Positions 18,300 through 27,915 of a DNA stretch of 64,000 nucleotides are shown here, piece after piece. The notes under the pieces are model-generated. The model saw nothing but the letters and a program-made list of their open reading frames with translations, was not told the origin of the DNA and made no database searches. Origin of the DNA: Candidatus Gastranaerophilales bacterium (GTDB taxonomy: Bacteria > Cyanobacteriota > Vampirovibrionia > Gastranaerophilales > Gastranaerophilaceae). Position 1 is the first letter of the stretch; each line of letters starts with the position of its first letter. Where the stretch lies: NCBI GenBank assembly GCA_944322665.1, contig CALUPM010000001.1, forward strand, positions 7,201 to 71,200, written 5' to 3'. The translations under genes and the position numbers were made by a program.

Positions 18300-19616
18300 A
18301 TGGATACTATTTTGTCACGCAAAAATTTGGTTATGTCAGGCTTAATTGAAAAGGCATTTTGTCTTTCTGTTATACTGGGAGTGGTTTGTTTGCAGGCGCT
18401 TGTACTGCCCGAACCAATTATGGCAGATGATGTTATTCTTGCTCATAACACTGCACCTGCTGTTGATGTCAAAGACCTGAAAGAAAAAATTCTGCTTGAA
18501 CTTTCGCCTGAAGTAAGAAAGAAAAAATTCAACGATTACATTAAAGAAAAATACCCCGAAGCAGTTATTACAGACGTTCAGGAAGGCGTTAAGCACATAA
18601 AACTCACAAACTACTATAACGGACGTCCGGTCAGAATTAATATTATAGAAGCAGACCTGAAAATTGCCAAAAATCTGGAGGTTATGCCGGTTCTTTCAAA
18701 CTCTGGCAGACTTCAGGGAAGGCGCACAATTACAACGATTGCTAAATCTAAAAATGCAATCGCCGCAATCAACGGAACTTACTTTAAATTTCAATCCGGT
18801 GTTCCTCTCGGAACTCTGATGATAGATGAAAAAGTTTATACAGGCCCTGTTTACGACAGGGTAGCAATGGGAATTTTTGATGACGGCTTTGATGTCGCAA
18901 GAGTTCAGCTTAATGCAAACATCGAAGGAAGCGGCGCAAAAGTCAAAATTGACAACATAAATCAGCCGAGAATGCTTTCAACGCATGTTCTTGTTTACAC
19001 TCCGGAGTGGGGCAGGTATTCTCCCTATGCTCCGAAGTACGGTATGAGTTTGAGGGTGGCGGACGGTAAGATTACAAAAGCCTCCGCCAACCCGATCGAT
19101 ATCCCTGAGAACGGTTACGTAATTTCCGGCCCGAAAAAGCTTCTTCAGCCGCTATTGAAAGATAAAGATGTGAAACTCAGCATAAAAACAACTCCGGAAT
19201 GGAATGGAGTAAAACATATTATTAGCGGCGGCCCGTATCTTGTTAAAAACGGTGAAGTTTTCGTTGATATGACAGCCCAGAAGCTCGGCGCAATCGGCGG
19301 GCGCAACCCCAGAACCGCTGTAGGATACACTTCTGATAATAATCTGATTTTGCTGACGGCAGACGGACGCGAAGGCAGTTCTATCGGTATGACTTTGATG
19401 GAGCTTGCGCGGTTTATGAAATCTCTCGGCTGCATAGGAGCTATTAACCTTGACGGAGGCGGTTCAACCGTCATGTATGTCAATGGTAATGTAGTAAACA
19501 AACCGCAGGCACGAGGCGGAATTCCGCTTTCAAATGCGCTTGTGCTCTCTGTTGTTGATGATGAAAAGGACGACAGCGGGACAGAAATTACGCAAAAAGA
19601 AGAAAATCACTCATAA
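18300..19616 (+). CDS. phosphodiester glycosidase family protein (DUF2233/NAGPA-like)
   Basis: AINGTYF and INLDGGGSTVMY signatures. N-terminal membrane anchor. Confidence 0.8.
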   Translation: MDTILSRKNLVMSGLIEKAFCLSVILGVVCLQALVLPEPIMADDVILAHNTAPAVDVKDLKEKILLELSPEVRKKKFNDYIKEKYPEAVITDVQEGVKHIKLTNYYNGRPVRINIIEADLKIAKNLEVMPVLSNSGRLQGRRTITTIAKSKNAIAAINGTYFKFQSGVPLGTLMIDEKVYTGPVYDRVAMGIFDDGFDVARVQLNANIEGSGAKVKIDNINQPRMLSTHVLVYTPEWGRYSPYAPKYGMSLRVADGKITKASANPIDIPENGYVISGPKKLLQPLLKDKDVKLSIKTTPEWNGVKHIISGGPYLVKNGEVFVDMTAQKLGAIGGRNPRTAVGYTSDNNLILLTADGREGSSIGMTLMELARFMKSLGCIGAINLDGGGSTVMYVNGNVVNKPQARGGIPLSNALVLSVVDDEKDDSGTEITQKEENHS

Positions 19617-19676
19617 AAATGCATAATTCTCATACCTTTTGTTCATATAAGTTACATTCTTACTCGATTAGCACCT

Positions 19677-19708
19677 TCCCTGCGCCAATACCCCGCAGGG
19701 ATTTTTTT
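19677..19708 (+). terminator. intrinsic terminator after 18300..19616
   Basis: TCCCTGCG-N9-CGCAGGGA followed by TTTTTTT. Confidence 0.8.
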
Positions 19709-19709
19709 A

Positions 19710-20114
19710 TTATACATTTCTGTCTATGATATCTGAAATAAAAGGAACTCTGCCGTATAATCCCATAAATGATGTTATTGCAAGGTAGAAAAGCAGAATA
19801 TAAATTGCCGTCTGTATAATTGAGTAGCCAAAGATTAAAGGCATATTAAAGAAAAGCGCAATCTGTGCCGCAACTATATTCAAAATAGGAATCATGCTCA
19901 GCATATTCAATATAAATCCGAAAATAAGGCATAATAAAACATATCCGATTGAAATAAAAATAGACTGAAATATGTGGTATTGAAGGAACTTTGTAATATT
20001 CGAACGTCTGATAAGCCCGATTATAAGCCAGATGAACCCTGCAAACCCCATGGTTAAATAGCTTAAACCTGCAACAATACGTTCTATCATATAAGGTTTT
20101 TCATGATGATACAT
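19710..20114 (-). CDS. small 4-TM membrane protein
   Basis: Hydrophobic profile. Starts 2 nt after the TPR gene stop, so likely an operon. A Tic20/DUF4870-like assignment is only a guess. Confidence 0.5.
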   Translation of the reverse strand: MYHHEKPYMIERIVAGLSYLTMGFAGFIWLIIGLIRRSNITKFLQYHIFQSIFISIGYVLLCLIFGFILNMLSMIPILNIVAAQIALFFNMPLIFGYSIIQTAIYILLFYLAITSFMGLYGRVPFISDIIDRNV

Positions 20115-20116
20115 AA

Positions 20117-21196
20117 TTATGCGCTTTCTTCAATTTCACCATTGCGCTTTTTATCAATATATTCATCCAGCACCTGAATATAGACAAGTTTATGTTCGTC
20201 GTTATCCGGTTCAATTTTAATCGCGGCGCGGTATGAAGCAATAGCTTTTTCAATTTCGCCTTTGAGGTAGTGTGCGTTGCCTAAAAACATGTAAGCTGCG
20301 GCGCTGTTCGGTGAAATTTGGAGAACCTGTTTATAAAGCTCCATTGCATCATCAAGTCTGTTAAGGTTTGTATAAAGGTTTGCAAGAAGAAGATAAGCGT
20401 TTACTTCTTTCGGCTGGCAATCAATTGCACGTTTGTACATCTCAATTGCAATTTCATATTCTCTAAATTCTGAAAGCGCGATTGAATAACAGATGTAGGC
20501 TTTATAGTTGTCCCCTTCCATCTTGAGAGCTTTTTCAAAGTAGTTGTATGCTTTTTCTCTTTCTCTCATTAGGGTTAGAGTATTGCCAATGCAAATTGCA
20601 ACGATTTTGTTGTCCGGATTAAGCGCAAACACTTTTTTATAAAGTTCAAGTGCCTTCGGGTAGTCAAAAAGTTTGAAGCAGACATTACCCATATCAACAA
20701 GAGCTGTTATATTTTCAGGATCAAGTGAGAGTGCTTTTTCATAATATGCTCTGGACTCTATGTATTCTTCAAAATCCTGATAGAGAAGTGCGATTGCATT
20801 GTAAATTTCAGGGTTTGAAGAACACAGGTCAATTGCTCTGTTATAGTAAAACAGGGCTTTTGAGAAGTTTTTCCATTCCGCAAAAACATTTCCGATATTG
20901 TAATAAATCAGGTAGTTTTTAGGATTAATCTCAAGCGCTTTGTTGTAGTAAGAGAGAGATTTTCTAAAATCTCTTTCATAAAACCACATTGTCCCCATGC
21001 CGATTAAAGCTTCAACGTCATTCGGCTCAAGAGTCAAAAGACTCTCCAAAACGGACATAACCTTGTCATAGTCTTCAAGTTCAAGGTAAAGTTTTGACAA
21101 AGCGTGATAATTAGCAATATTTTTAGGATCCTTTGCCATTGCAAGGATTAAGTCTTCAATTTGTCTTTCCAGATCTTTTTTCTTTACATTTTCCAT
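20117..21196 (-). CDS. TPR-repeat protein
   Basis: About 9 tandem TPR units (e.g. AIASYRAAIKIEPDNDE, ALSYYNKALEINPKNY). Confidence 0.85.
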   Translation of the reverse strand: MENVKKKDLERQIEDLILAMAKDPKNIANYHALSKLYLELEDYDKVMSVLESLLTLEPNDVEALIGMGTMWFYERDFRKSLSYYNKALEINPKNYLIYYNIGNVFAEWKNFSKALFYYNRAIDLCSSNPEIYNAIALLYQDFEEYIESRAYYEKALSLDPENITALVDMGNVCFKLFDYPKALELYKKVFALNPDNKIVAICIGNTLTLMREREKAYNYFEKALKMEGDNYKAYICYSIALSEFREYEIAIEMYKRAIDCQPKEVNAYLLLANLYTNLNRLDDAMELYKQVLQISPNSAAAYMFLGNAHYLKGEIEKAIASYRAAIKIEPDNDEHKLVYIQVLDEYIDKKRNGEIEESA

Positions 21197-21277
21197 GATT
21201 TATATTCTAACCTATATGTGTGTTTTTGTAAAACTATTGCGAAATGTAACGGGTATGAAAATCATACCCGCCTCATT

Positions 21278-21673
21278 TTAGTTGTTATATTTGCTGTAAC
21301 CTTTAGAGTTTTCACGCCATTCGGCTTCAGGAATACTGAAAGCGTTGCTCCAGAATTTTTCTATTGCGTAGGTTTCACGCTCATCCTTGTGCAGAATATG
21401 AACTACGACATCTCCGAAATCCAGAAGATTCCATCTGTTTTTGGCGTCGTTTTCCACTCTTAAAGGAGCTCTGTTGAGTTCTTTTTTTGTACGTTCTCTG
21501 ATCGTTTCCATCAAAGCTTTGACGTGCGGAGTCGAGTCGCCTGTAACAATTACGAAATAGTCCGCAAGCGAGGATACGTGGCTTATATTTAAAATAGAAA
21601 TATCTTTGCCCAACTTATCGTCAAGCATAGCTGCAATTATGCATGCTAGTTTGTGTGATGTTAAATCTTCCAC
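21278..21673 (-). CDS. rsfS: ribosomal silencing factor RsfS (iojap-like)
   Basis: LADYFVIVTGDSTPHVKAL and WNLLDFGDVVVHILHKDERETYAIEKFW. GTG start behind AAGGA. Confidence 0.9.
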   Translation of the reverse strand: MEDLTSHKLACIIAAMLDDKLGKDISILNISHVSSLADYFVIVTGDSTPHVKALMETIRERTKKELNRAPLRVENDAKNRWNLLDFGDVVVHILHKDERETYAIEKFWSNAFSIPEAEWRENSKGYSKYNN

Positions 21674-21685
21674 TTTTTCACGTCC

Positions 21686-22120
21686 TTACTCAATCAAATC
21701 TACTCTGCGTTTGTGTCTGCCGCCTTCAAAGCCTGTTTTCAGCCAGATATCAACAATATCAAGTGCTAAGTGTTCGCCGATTACGCGCTGACCGAGGCAG
21801 AGAACGTTTGCATTGTTGTGCGCTCTTGAAACTCTTGCTGAATAAGTATCCCCGCAGAGAGCGGCTCTTATGCCCCTGACTTTGTTTGCAGCAATCGACA
21901 TACCGATACCTGTCCCGCAAACCAGAATTCCTCTGTTTGATTTGCCTGAAATTACTCTTTCGCACACAGCACGCGCAATTTCCGGATAGTCGCAGGCTTC
22001 CGGCGTGTGGGTGCCTAAATCAACATAAGGAATATTTCTTGCTTTTAAGTAGTCGATAATCTTCTCTTTATACTGAAACCCGCCGTGATCCGAGCCGATT
22101 GCCACTTTCAAATCTTCCAT
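21686..22120 (-). CDS. rpiB: ribose-5-phosphate isomerase B
   Basis: KVAIGSDHGG and GILVCGTGIGMSIAANKVRGIRAA. 144 aa. Confidence 0.93.
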   Translation of the reverse strand: MEDLKVAIGSDHGGFQYKEKIIDYLKARNIPYVDLGTHTPEACDYPEIARAVCERVISGKSNRGILVCGTGIGMSIAANKVRGIRAALCGDTYSARVSRAHNNANVLCLGQRVIGEHLALDIVDIWLKTGFEGGRHKRRVDLIE

Positions 22121-22178
22121 ATAAACACCTCATTTCTTTTAAATAAGAACACAAGTTCTTAATATATTCTATAAATAT

Positions 22179-22207
22179 ATTATAATGTTTTTTCGCAGTT
22201 CTTGCAA
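22179..22207 (-). promoter_or_regulatory. sigma70-type promoter TTGCAA-N17-TATAAT (rpiB-rsfS)
   Basis: Direct reading on the minus strand. Confidence 0.55.
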
Positions 22208-22246
22208 ATATTAAACCTCTGTTTTGTTACAATTGATTTACGCACT

Positions 22247-22280
22247 AAAAAAGTGCTTTTTATAAAGCACTTTTTCTTTT
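22247..22280. terminator. hairpin AAAGTGCTTT-TTAT-AAAGCACTTT after gene 22298..23179
   Basis: Direct reading. T-runs on both sides. Confidence 0.65.
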
Positions 22281-22297
22281 GTTGTAAATTTTATTTA

Positions 22298-23179
22298 TTA
22301 TGCTTGTTCATTTTCTTCAGGTCTCTTTATTTCAACGTCATATTCTTCCATTTTATTTAACAGAGCATCAAGGCTTGATGAAGTAAGAGTTACAGTTTTT
22401 GTTGTCGGCTCCGCATCTGAACCTTCAGCTGCGGGTACGGTTGTTTCAATTTCAACGCTTAATTCACCACCCGAAGTAATCGAAATGTTATTTGCCATTG
22501 CGGTTGCGCGTTCATTATCTACTTCTTGCTGAATTTCCTGTTTTTTGGCTCTTATATCTTCCTTGCTGTTAGATTTAATTTGAATGTCCTTACCGTTCAG
22601 ATCTTTAACTGTCGTGCTGTAAGTTCCATCAGAATTTACAGTAATACCTTCTTTTGCAAGTTCAAGTTTTTCTGATTCAAGCTTACGCTGCTGAACTTCT
22701 CTGACTTTTTCACTTTGTACGGCAGCTCTTGTTCCTTGTGTTTCAACAGACGCTTCCGGGTTAGTTTCGGGATTAGTTTCCGGCTGTTCTGTACCGCCGG
22801 CTCCGTCGGTTTTTTTCTGTGCTATAGCTCCAGCAAGGGCTCCTAATGTATTGAAAATCGTGCCAACCGTAGCTGCTGTAGTGCCGGCTCCGCCTCCGTA
22901 GCAGTCGCCGTATAATCCTCCCATAGGGTACATACCCATACCACCCATCATCATTGGATTGTACATGCCCATCATGCCGCCCATCATCATTGGATTGTAC
23001 ATGCCCATCATGCCGCCCATCATCATTTGAGAATATATGCTTGCGTCCATACCCATTCCCATCGTGCCAAAATTATTTATGTTAGTTTTTTCGGCATGAA
23101 TGTTGACATTAGGCGAACTGTCTAAATTCAATCTTCCTGTTGGTACTGTGTAATGATTTCGACCTATCATCCAAGACAT
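22298..23179 (-). CDS. hypothetical protein: NINNFG motif, Met/Gly-rich repeats, TM-like segment, acidic linker, C-terminal domain
   Basis: NIHAEKTNINNFG, then MMMGGMMGMYNPMMMGGMMGMYNPMMMGGMGMYPMGG, then TVGTIFNTLGALAGAIA. AAGGAG RBS. Lies 37 nt downstream of its paralogue. Confidence 0.75.
   Translation of the reverse strand: MSWMIGRNHYTVPTGRLNLDSSPNVNIHAEKTNINNFGTMGMGMDASIYSQMMMGGMMGMYNPMMMGGMMGMYNPMMMGGMGMYPMGGLYGDCYGGGAGTTAATVGTIFNTLGALAGAIAQKKTDGAGGTEQPETNPETNPEASVETQGTRAAVQSEKVREVQQRKLESEKLELAKEGITVNSDGTYSTTVKDLNGKDIQIKSNSKEDIRAKKQEIQQEVDNERATAMANNISITSGGELSVEIETTVPAAEGSDAEPTTKTVTLTSSSLDALLNKMEEYDVEIKRPEENEQA
22945..23030. repeat. perfect 36-bp tandem duplication (2 full copies plus 14 nt) inside the Met/Gly-rich coding region
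   Basis: CCATCATCATTGGATTGTACATGCCCATCATGCCGC at 22945-22980 and 22981-23016 are identical. A third copy begins at 23017. The unit encodes GGMMGMYNPMMM. Confidence 0.9.
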
Positions 23180-23216
23180 TTTTATCTTCTCCTTGCGGGT
23201 GTTATTAGTGTGCTAT

Positions 23217-24131
23217 TTATTTACTTTCTTCGCTTTTTCTGCGCTCGATTTCTTTTTTTGCTGCATCTATTGCTTCTTTTTCAGAATCATATACAGCGGT
23301 TCCGACGCGTTCGCGGTCGATTGTCGGATACCATTTACCGTCAACCTGTTTTGCGGAATACGAATATGTTGAAATATTTGCAAGAGTGTACTCTGCTTTA
23401 GGAGGAACATCTTCCGATTTAACGCTGGTATCGCATTTATATGTTTTACCATCCGGTGTTGTAACTTCAAGCGGGAGTTTTATTGTTCCTGTGGGTAATG
23501 CTTTACCTTTAAATATTTCGGCACAAATAGCATCTACTTCAGCGCGTGTCAGCGGTTGTCCATCCTCTGTTTTGTATTTTGCAGCAACAATATCAAAACC
23601 GGTGTGTCCTCTATACTTATTTGTACCTTTGATTTTCTCAGCCTTAACTGTAAATTCATCGTACTGCTGTTCAGAAGGAAGCCGTTCCGCACTAGCTACA
23701 GGAGCTGTAGAATTATCCGGTTTCTCTGTTTCATCAGGTTTTACTGTTTGAGTTACAGGATTTGTGTCAGCCGGCTCTTCTGTTACTTTAACATCATCCG
23801 AAACTTCCGGTCTTGTAACCTGAGTTTGCGGTTTTACGGTTGTCTGATCTGCTGTTACTTCTTCAGTACCGCCGCCTTTGCCTCCTTTACTGCCCATGAA
23901 AGCTGTTACAAAGGTAGTCGCCAAACCAAGCACACCTGTTATGCCGAGCCCCCATTTTGCTCCTTTTGAGAGTCCCGGATCACAATACACGTAATTGTAA
24001 GGCATCGACCAAATACTGCCAAAATTGTTAATATTTGTTTCTTTGTGGTAAATATTAATGCTTCCTTGTGGTCTGCGCCATGAATGCAAACCAACTCTAA
24101 GCGGTTGTGGTCCGTATGGAGGATCGCCCAT
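23217..24131 (-). CDS. hypothetical protein, paralogue of 22298..23179 in the N-terminal module (NINNFG motif, TM-like segment, Gly-rich stretch, T/P/E linker, C-terminal domain)
   Basis: NIYHKETNINNFG, WGLGITGVLGLATTFVTAFMG, SKGGKGGGTE. AAGGAG RBS. Shared promoter motif at 24160-24190. Confidence 0.75.
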   Translation of the reverse strand: MGDPPYGPQPLRVGLHSWRRPQGSINIYHKETNINNFGSIWSMPYNYVYCDPGLSKGAKWGLGITGVLGLATTFVTAFMGSKGGKGGGTEEVTADQTTVKPQTQVTRPEVSDDVKVTEEPADTNPVTQTVKPDETEKPDNSTAPVASAERLPSEQQYDEFTVKAEKIKGTNKYRGHTGFDIVAAKYKTEDGQPLTRAEVDAICAEIFKGKALPTGTIKLPLEVTTPDGKTYKCDTSVKSEDVPPKAEYTLANISTYSYSAKQVDGKWYPTIDRERVGTAVYDSEKEAIDAAKKEIERRKSEESK

Positions 24132-24159
24132 ATCAAGCTCCTTTATATTACTTCTTATA

Positions 24160-24190
24160 TATATAAAGTATATAACTGTTTATATATTGC
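24160..24190 (-). promoter_or_regulatory. shared motif copy: GCAAT-N18-TTTATATA upstream of 23217..24131
   Basis: The box ends 28 nt before the ATG. TATACTTTATATATAT is identical to the 3952-3967 copy. Confidence 0.55.
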
Positions 24191-24280
24191 GCATGTTTGT
24201 ATATTTTGTTACAATACTTAATATTTATAGAAGCTATGTATTTTATATATGCCCGAAATTAATGACTTTTATTCGCTTTG

Positions 24281-24390
24281 GGGATTTGTATAGCCAATTC
24301 CACCAAAAATTTTCAAAACGACATCATACTGAGCGTTAGCGAAGTATCTAAATAAATGAGATTCTTCGGGCTAAAGCCCTCAGAATGACA
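24281..24390. repeat. truncated copy of the MITE/REP-like hairpin element
   Basis: GGGATTTGTATAGCCAATTCCACCAAAAATTTTCAAAACG aligns to 34870-34909. GATTCTTCGGGCTAAAGCCCTCAGAATGAC is identical to 35091-35120. The right terminal repeat is absent. Confidence 0.75.
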
Positions 24391-24471
24391 TAACGGACAA
24401 AATGGGTCGGTATTTTATCATAAAGAACTTTTCGTCATTACGTCTTATTGTCTTGCAGACTTACCGCCTAT

Positions 24472-26862
24472 CTATATATCCAGCCCCGTGAAAAGCTGTA
24501 GGCTTGAGGCATTGTTCAGTGCAGGATAAGAGTTTATGTCATAAGTATTTATAAAATTAATCGCTTCATAGCGTGCTTTTTCTAAAATTTCGGCATCTCT
24601 TACAATATCCGAGATGATTAAATCAGGCAGACCTGACTGTCTTGTGCCTAAAAATTCTCCGGGGCCTCTTAATTGCAAATCTTTTTCGGCAATGACAAAA
24701 CCGTCATTTGTCTGCGTCATAATTCCGAGGCGTTCACGGGTTTCCTGAGAGCGCGATGAGGAAACAAGAATGCAATAGGATTGAAGGCTGCTTCTGCCGA
24801 CACGTCCTCTAAGCTGATGAAGCTGGCTTAATCCGAATCTTTCCGCATTTTCAATTACCATGACGGTTGCGTTCGGAACATCAACCCCGACTTCCACAAC
24901 GGTTGTCGACACAAGAATGTTGTATTTGCCGTTTTTGAAATCATCCATGACCTGTTCTTTTTCGTCGTTTTTAAGTTTGCCGTGAAGAAGTCCTATTTTC
25001 ATATTGGGAAAAACTTCTGATTGAAGGCGTTCAGCTTCTTTTGTGGCGGCTTTTGCAGAAAGAGTTTCACTTTCATCAATCAGCGGGTACACAACATAAG
25101 CCTGACGTCCTGCGTCGACCTCCTGTTTTATCAGGTCATAAACGCTTTTGTGTGAGGAGGTCAGGTAAGTTTTTATCGGAAGTCTGCCTTTTGGAAGTTC
25201 GTCTATTATTGTTAAATCAAGGTCGCCGTGAACTGTAAGCGCAAGAGTTCTTGGAATCGGGGTGGCTGTCATCGTCAGCATCTGCGGGTTTTGAGATTTT
25301 TTCTTTAAGACATTCCGCTGTTTTACGCCGAACCTGTGCTGTTCATCAACAACGATTGCGCCTAGATTTTGAAAGTCTGTTGTGTCCTGAATTAGGGCGT
25401 GGGTTCCTACTGCTATATTTGTCTGACCGTTTCTTAAATCAGTCTGGAACTTTTCTCTTGTCTTTTTATTCTGGCTGCCGAGGAACAGTCCGACACTTAA
25501 TCCTAGCGGTGTCAGCCAGTTTACAAGGTTGTTATAATGCTGCTGTGCTAAGATTTCCGTCGGTGCCATCAGTGCGCCCTGATAGCCGTTTTCAACTCCT
25601 GCCAGAAGCATAATACATGCAACAACGGTTTTTCCGCTGCCGACATCTCCCTGCAGAAGTCTTGCCATTGGTTTTTCAGAGTGAAGGTCGTTCAAAATCT
25701 CGTTCACAGCCCTTTTCTGTCCGCCCGTAAGTTCAAACGGCAGACTGTCAATGAATTTCTGCACAAGTCCATCGCGTTTGACCTCCAGCGCAATTGCAGA
25801 GTGTTTGTTGTTTTCGTTTCTTAGCCTTACCATTTTTAGCTGGACAATAAAAAGTTCTTCAAAAATCAGACTGAAGCGGGCTTTTTCTAGTAGTTCCTGA
25901 TTTTCTGGGAAATGAATCTGCTCTATTGCAGTTTTTTTGTCAAGTAAATCGTATTTTTCTTTCAGGTATTGCGGAAGAATGTCCGGAATTGAGTCTTTAT
26001 AAAGCTGAATTGCATTGAATATTGCCTTGCGGAGAGTTTTGACATTCAAATTTTCGCAGACAGCGTAAATCGGAACAATACGCGCCATATTAAGGTTTGA
26101 GGTGCTGTTTTCAAGAAATTCGCCTGTCATAATTGAGTATGACGGTTTGTCGAAAGTCAGGCGATGATCGTAGTTGTTCATTTTAACGGTTCCTGAAACC
26201 ATAATGCCGGCATTAACAGGAAACTGGGCTTTCGTCCTTTCCAGCGTAAATCTGTTTCCTTTTGCATTGAAAAATCCGAGTTCAATAAATCCTGTTTCGT
26301 CAGCGATTTTGACTTTTACGACAGACAGATTGTTTCTGGAATTGAAAGCTGAAACGGATTTTACATATCCGAAAATAGTTGTGGACTGCCCTTCTTCAAG
26401 GTCGCGTATAAGGGTTCTGCTAGAGTAGTCGATATGCTTTCGCGGAAGATAAAAAATCAAATCCTGCGCCGTATAAATCCCGAGTTTATTCAGCATATAG
26501 GCAACTTTTGGCCCGACGCCTTTAACATAAGTGACATCGGTTTCTGCAGGATTTTTAAGATGTTTTTCGGAAGAGGCGCTTTCGGTCCGAGTCTGAGGCT
26601 GAGCCTGATTGATTTCGGATCGGATAACTTTTACAAGGTGTTCAATGGAGCGGCGCCTTTCCGGAACCGAGGCGACCGGATAGTGTGCAAAGGTTTCTGC
26701 GATAACCTGCCACTTGGGATTTTTTTTTGAAAGTTTGTAGTATTTGTTTGCCTCGGAGATTATAAACTTTGAAAAACATTTTGTTTTTCCTCTGATATCA
26801 ATGTAGCGGTGCTTTACCTCCACATCAATCGCAAGTTTAAGTTTTTCCAGATCTTCAATCAT
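24472..26862 (-). CDS. recG: ATP-dependent DNA helicase RecG
   Basis: GDVGSGKT, DEQHRFGV, TATPIPRTL, QLRGRVGR motifs and a wedge/OB region. Long N-terminal extension. Confidence 0.93.
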   Translation of the reverse strand: MIEDLEKLKLAIDVEVKHRYIDIRGKTKCFSKFIISEANKYYKLSKKNPKWQVIAETFAHYPVASVPERRRSIEHLVKVIRSEINQAQPQTRTESASSEKHLKNPAETDVTYVKGVGPKVAYMLNKLGIYTAQDLIFYLPRKHIDYSSRTLIRDLEEGQSTTIFGYVKSVSAFNSRNNLSVVKVKIADETGFIELGFFNAKGNRFTLERTKAQFPVNAGIMVSGTVKMNNYDHRLTFDKPSYSIMTGEFLENSTSNLNMARIVPIYAVCENLNVKTLRKAIFNAIQLYKDSIPDILPQYLKEKYDLLDKKTAIEQIHFPENQELLEKARFSLIFEELFIVQLKMVRLRNENNKHSAIALEVKRDGLVQKFIDSLPFELTGGQKRAVNEILNDLHSEKPMARLLQGDVGSGKTVVACIMLLAGVENGYQGALMAPTEILAQQHYNNLVNWLTPLGLSVGLFLGSQNKKTREKFQTDLRNGQTNIAVGTHALIQDTTDFQNLGAIVVDEQHRFGVKQRNVLKKKSQNPQMLTMTATPIPRTLALTVHGDLDLTIIDELPKGRLPIKTYLTSSHKSVYDLIKQEVDAGRQAYVVYPLIDESETLSAKAATKEAERLQSEVFPNMKIGLLHGKLKNDEKEQVMDDFKNGKYNILVSTTVVEVGVDVPNATVMVIENAERFGLSQLHQLRGRVGRSSLQSYCILVSSSRSQETRERLGIMTQTNDGFVIAEKDLQLRGPGEFLGTRQSGLPDLIISDIVRDAEILEKARYEAINFINTYDINSYPALNNASSLQLFTGLDI

Positions 26863-26889
26863 AAATAAATTGTATCATAATTTATTATT

Positions 26890-27564
26890 TTAGCGCCACG
26901 GGTAATCGTCGCGTATTTCCCAGCCGTCATACATAATTAATGCTCCGCATGAAGCTTGCTGGTCAACACTTCTTGGGGTTTTGCAGCGTTCAAGTAAAAT
27001 AGGTCTTACAGCGCCTTCATCAACAAGTTTTACTTCAGGATAAGCGTACATGTAAAATATGTCTATTCCTATTGTATTAGGCTTTTGTCTCCCGTTAATG
27101 TCAACTCTGAGCTGAATATATTTATTTGCACCATAATTCGCGTTAAAGTGCAGATAAACTCCGTTTATCAGAGCAATACTGTAGTGAGTATGTCCGTCCG
27201 ATTCAACTTTTTGTCCGTCATTTGTATAGTAGTAATAATCATAAGGTGAATCTGACGTAGGCATTTTTTCACTGTGAATTGTCTGTAAATACGGCTCGTA
27301 GTACATTTTGACAAAAGTTTCAGTGGCTGTGGTATCGCCGGCGCCAGTATAGGAAGGTGTAATCCAGTCTTCTATATCTCCGTTCTTTACTTCAGACAGC
27401 ATTACTGCCTGCTGGAGCATTGAGTATGTCTGCTTAAGACATTCAACTGTAACTTTTTTCTGATAATTTTTTATAACACCCGGCATTGTCATGCAGGCTA
27501 CAATGCCTATTATTCCTAAAGTTATCAATACTTCAGCCATTGTAAATGCTTTAATCTTTTCCAC
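26890..27564 (-). CDS. prepilin-type N-terminal cleavage/methylation domain protein (pseudopilin-like)
   Basis: GTG start behind GGAGG. Leader MEKIKAFTMAEVLITLGIIGIVA is a classic type IV prepilin signal. Confidence 0.85.
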   Translation of the reverse strand: MEKIKAFTMAEVLITLGIIGIVACMTMPGVIKNYQKKVTVECLKQTYSMLQQAVMLSEVKNGDIEDWITPSYTGAGDTTATETFVKMYYEPYLQTIHSEKMPTSDSPYDYYYYTNDGQKVESDGHTHYSIALINGVYLHFNANYGANKYIQLRVDINGRQKPNTIGIDIFYMYAYPEVKLVDEGAVRPILLERCKTPRSVDQQASCGALIMYDGWEIRDDYPWR

Positions 27565-27665
27565 GTCGCCTCCGTCGTAATTATAAATATATAGATTTTA
27601 TAACATCATATTTGCTATAATAACGTATTGTTGTTATTATGTCAAAATGTTAATATAACGACATT

Positions 27666-27899
27666 ATGGGTAATATATCAACATTAGCAAAGAAGTTTTC
27701 AACAAGGGTAAAATTTGAACGTACAAAACGCAGGTATTCTCAGGAGAAACTCGCAGAACTTGCAGGAATCGGCAGATCAACTTTGACCCAGATTGAGGCG
27801 CAAACTTCTTCACCTACTCTTGATGTTGTTGAAAAAATTGCTAATGCACTTGAATACGAACCTTATGAATTATTGATATTTAAAAATCTTGAAATTTAA
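27666..27899 (+). CDS. XRE-family helix-turn-helix transcriptional regulator
   Basis: YSQEKLAELAGIGRSTLTQIEAQTSSPTLDVVEKIANAL. Confidence 0.85.
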   Translation: MGNISTLAKKFSTRVKFERTKRRYSQEKLAELAGIGRSTLTQIEAQTSSPTLDVVEKIANALEYEPYELLIFKNLEI

Positions 27900-27915
27900 C
27901 TTACTCTAAAATCTT

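Noticed and set aside
22945-23030. CRISPR-like direct repeats
   Set aside because: The 36-bp units are directly adjacent with no spacers and are in-frame coding sequence. No CRISPR array or cas genes were seen anywhere in the window.
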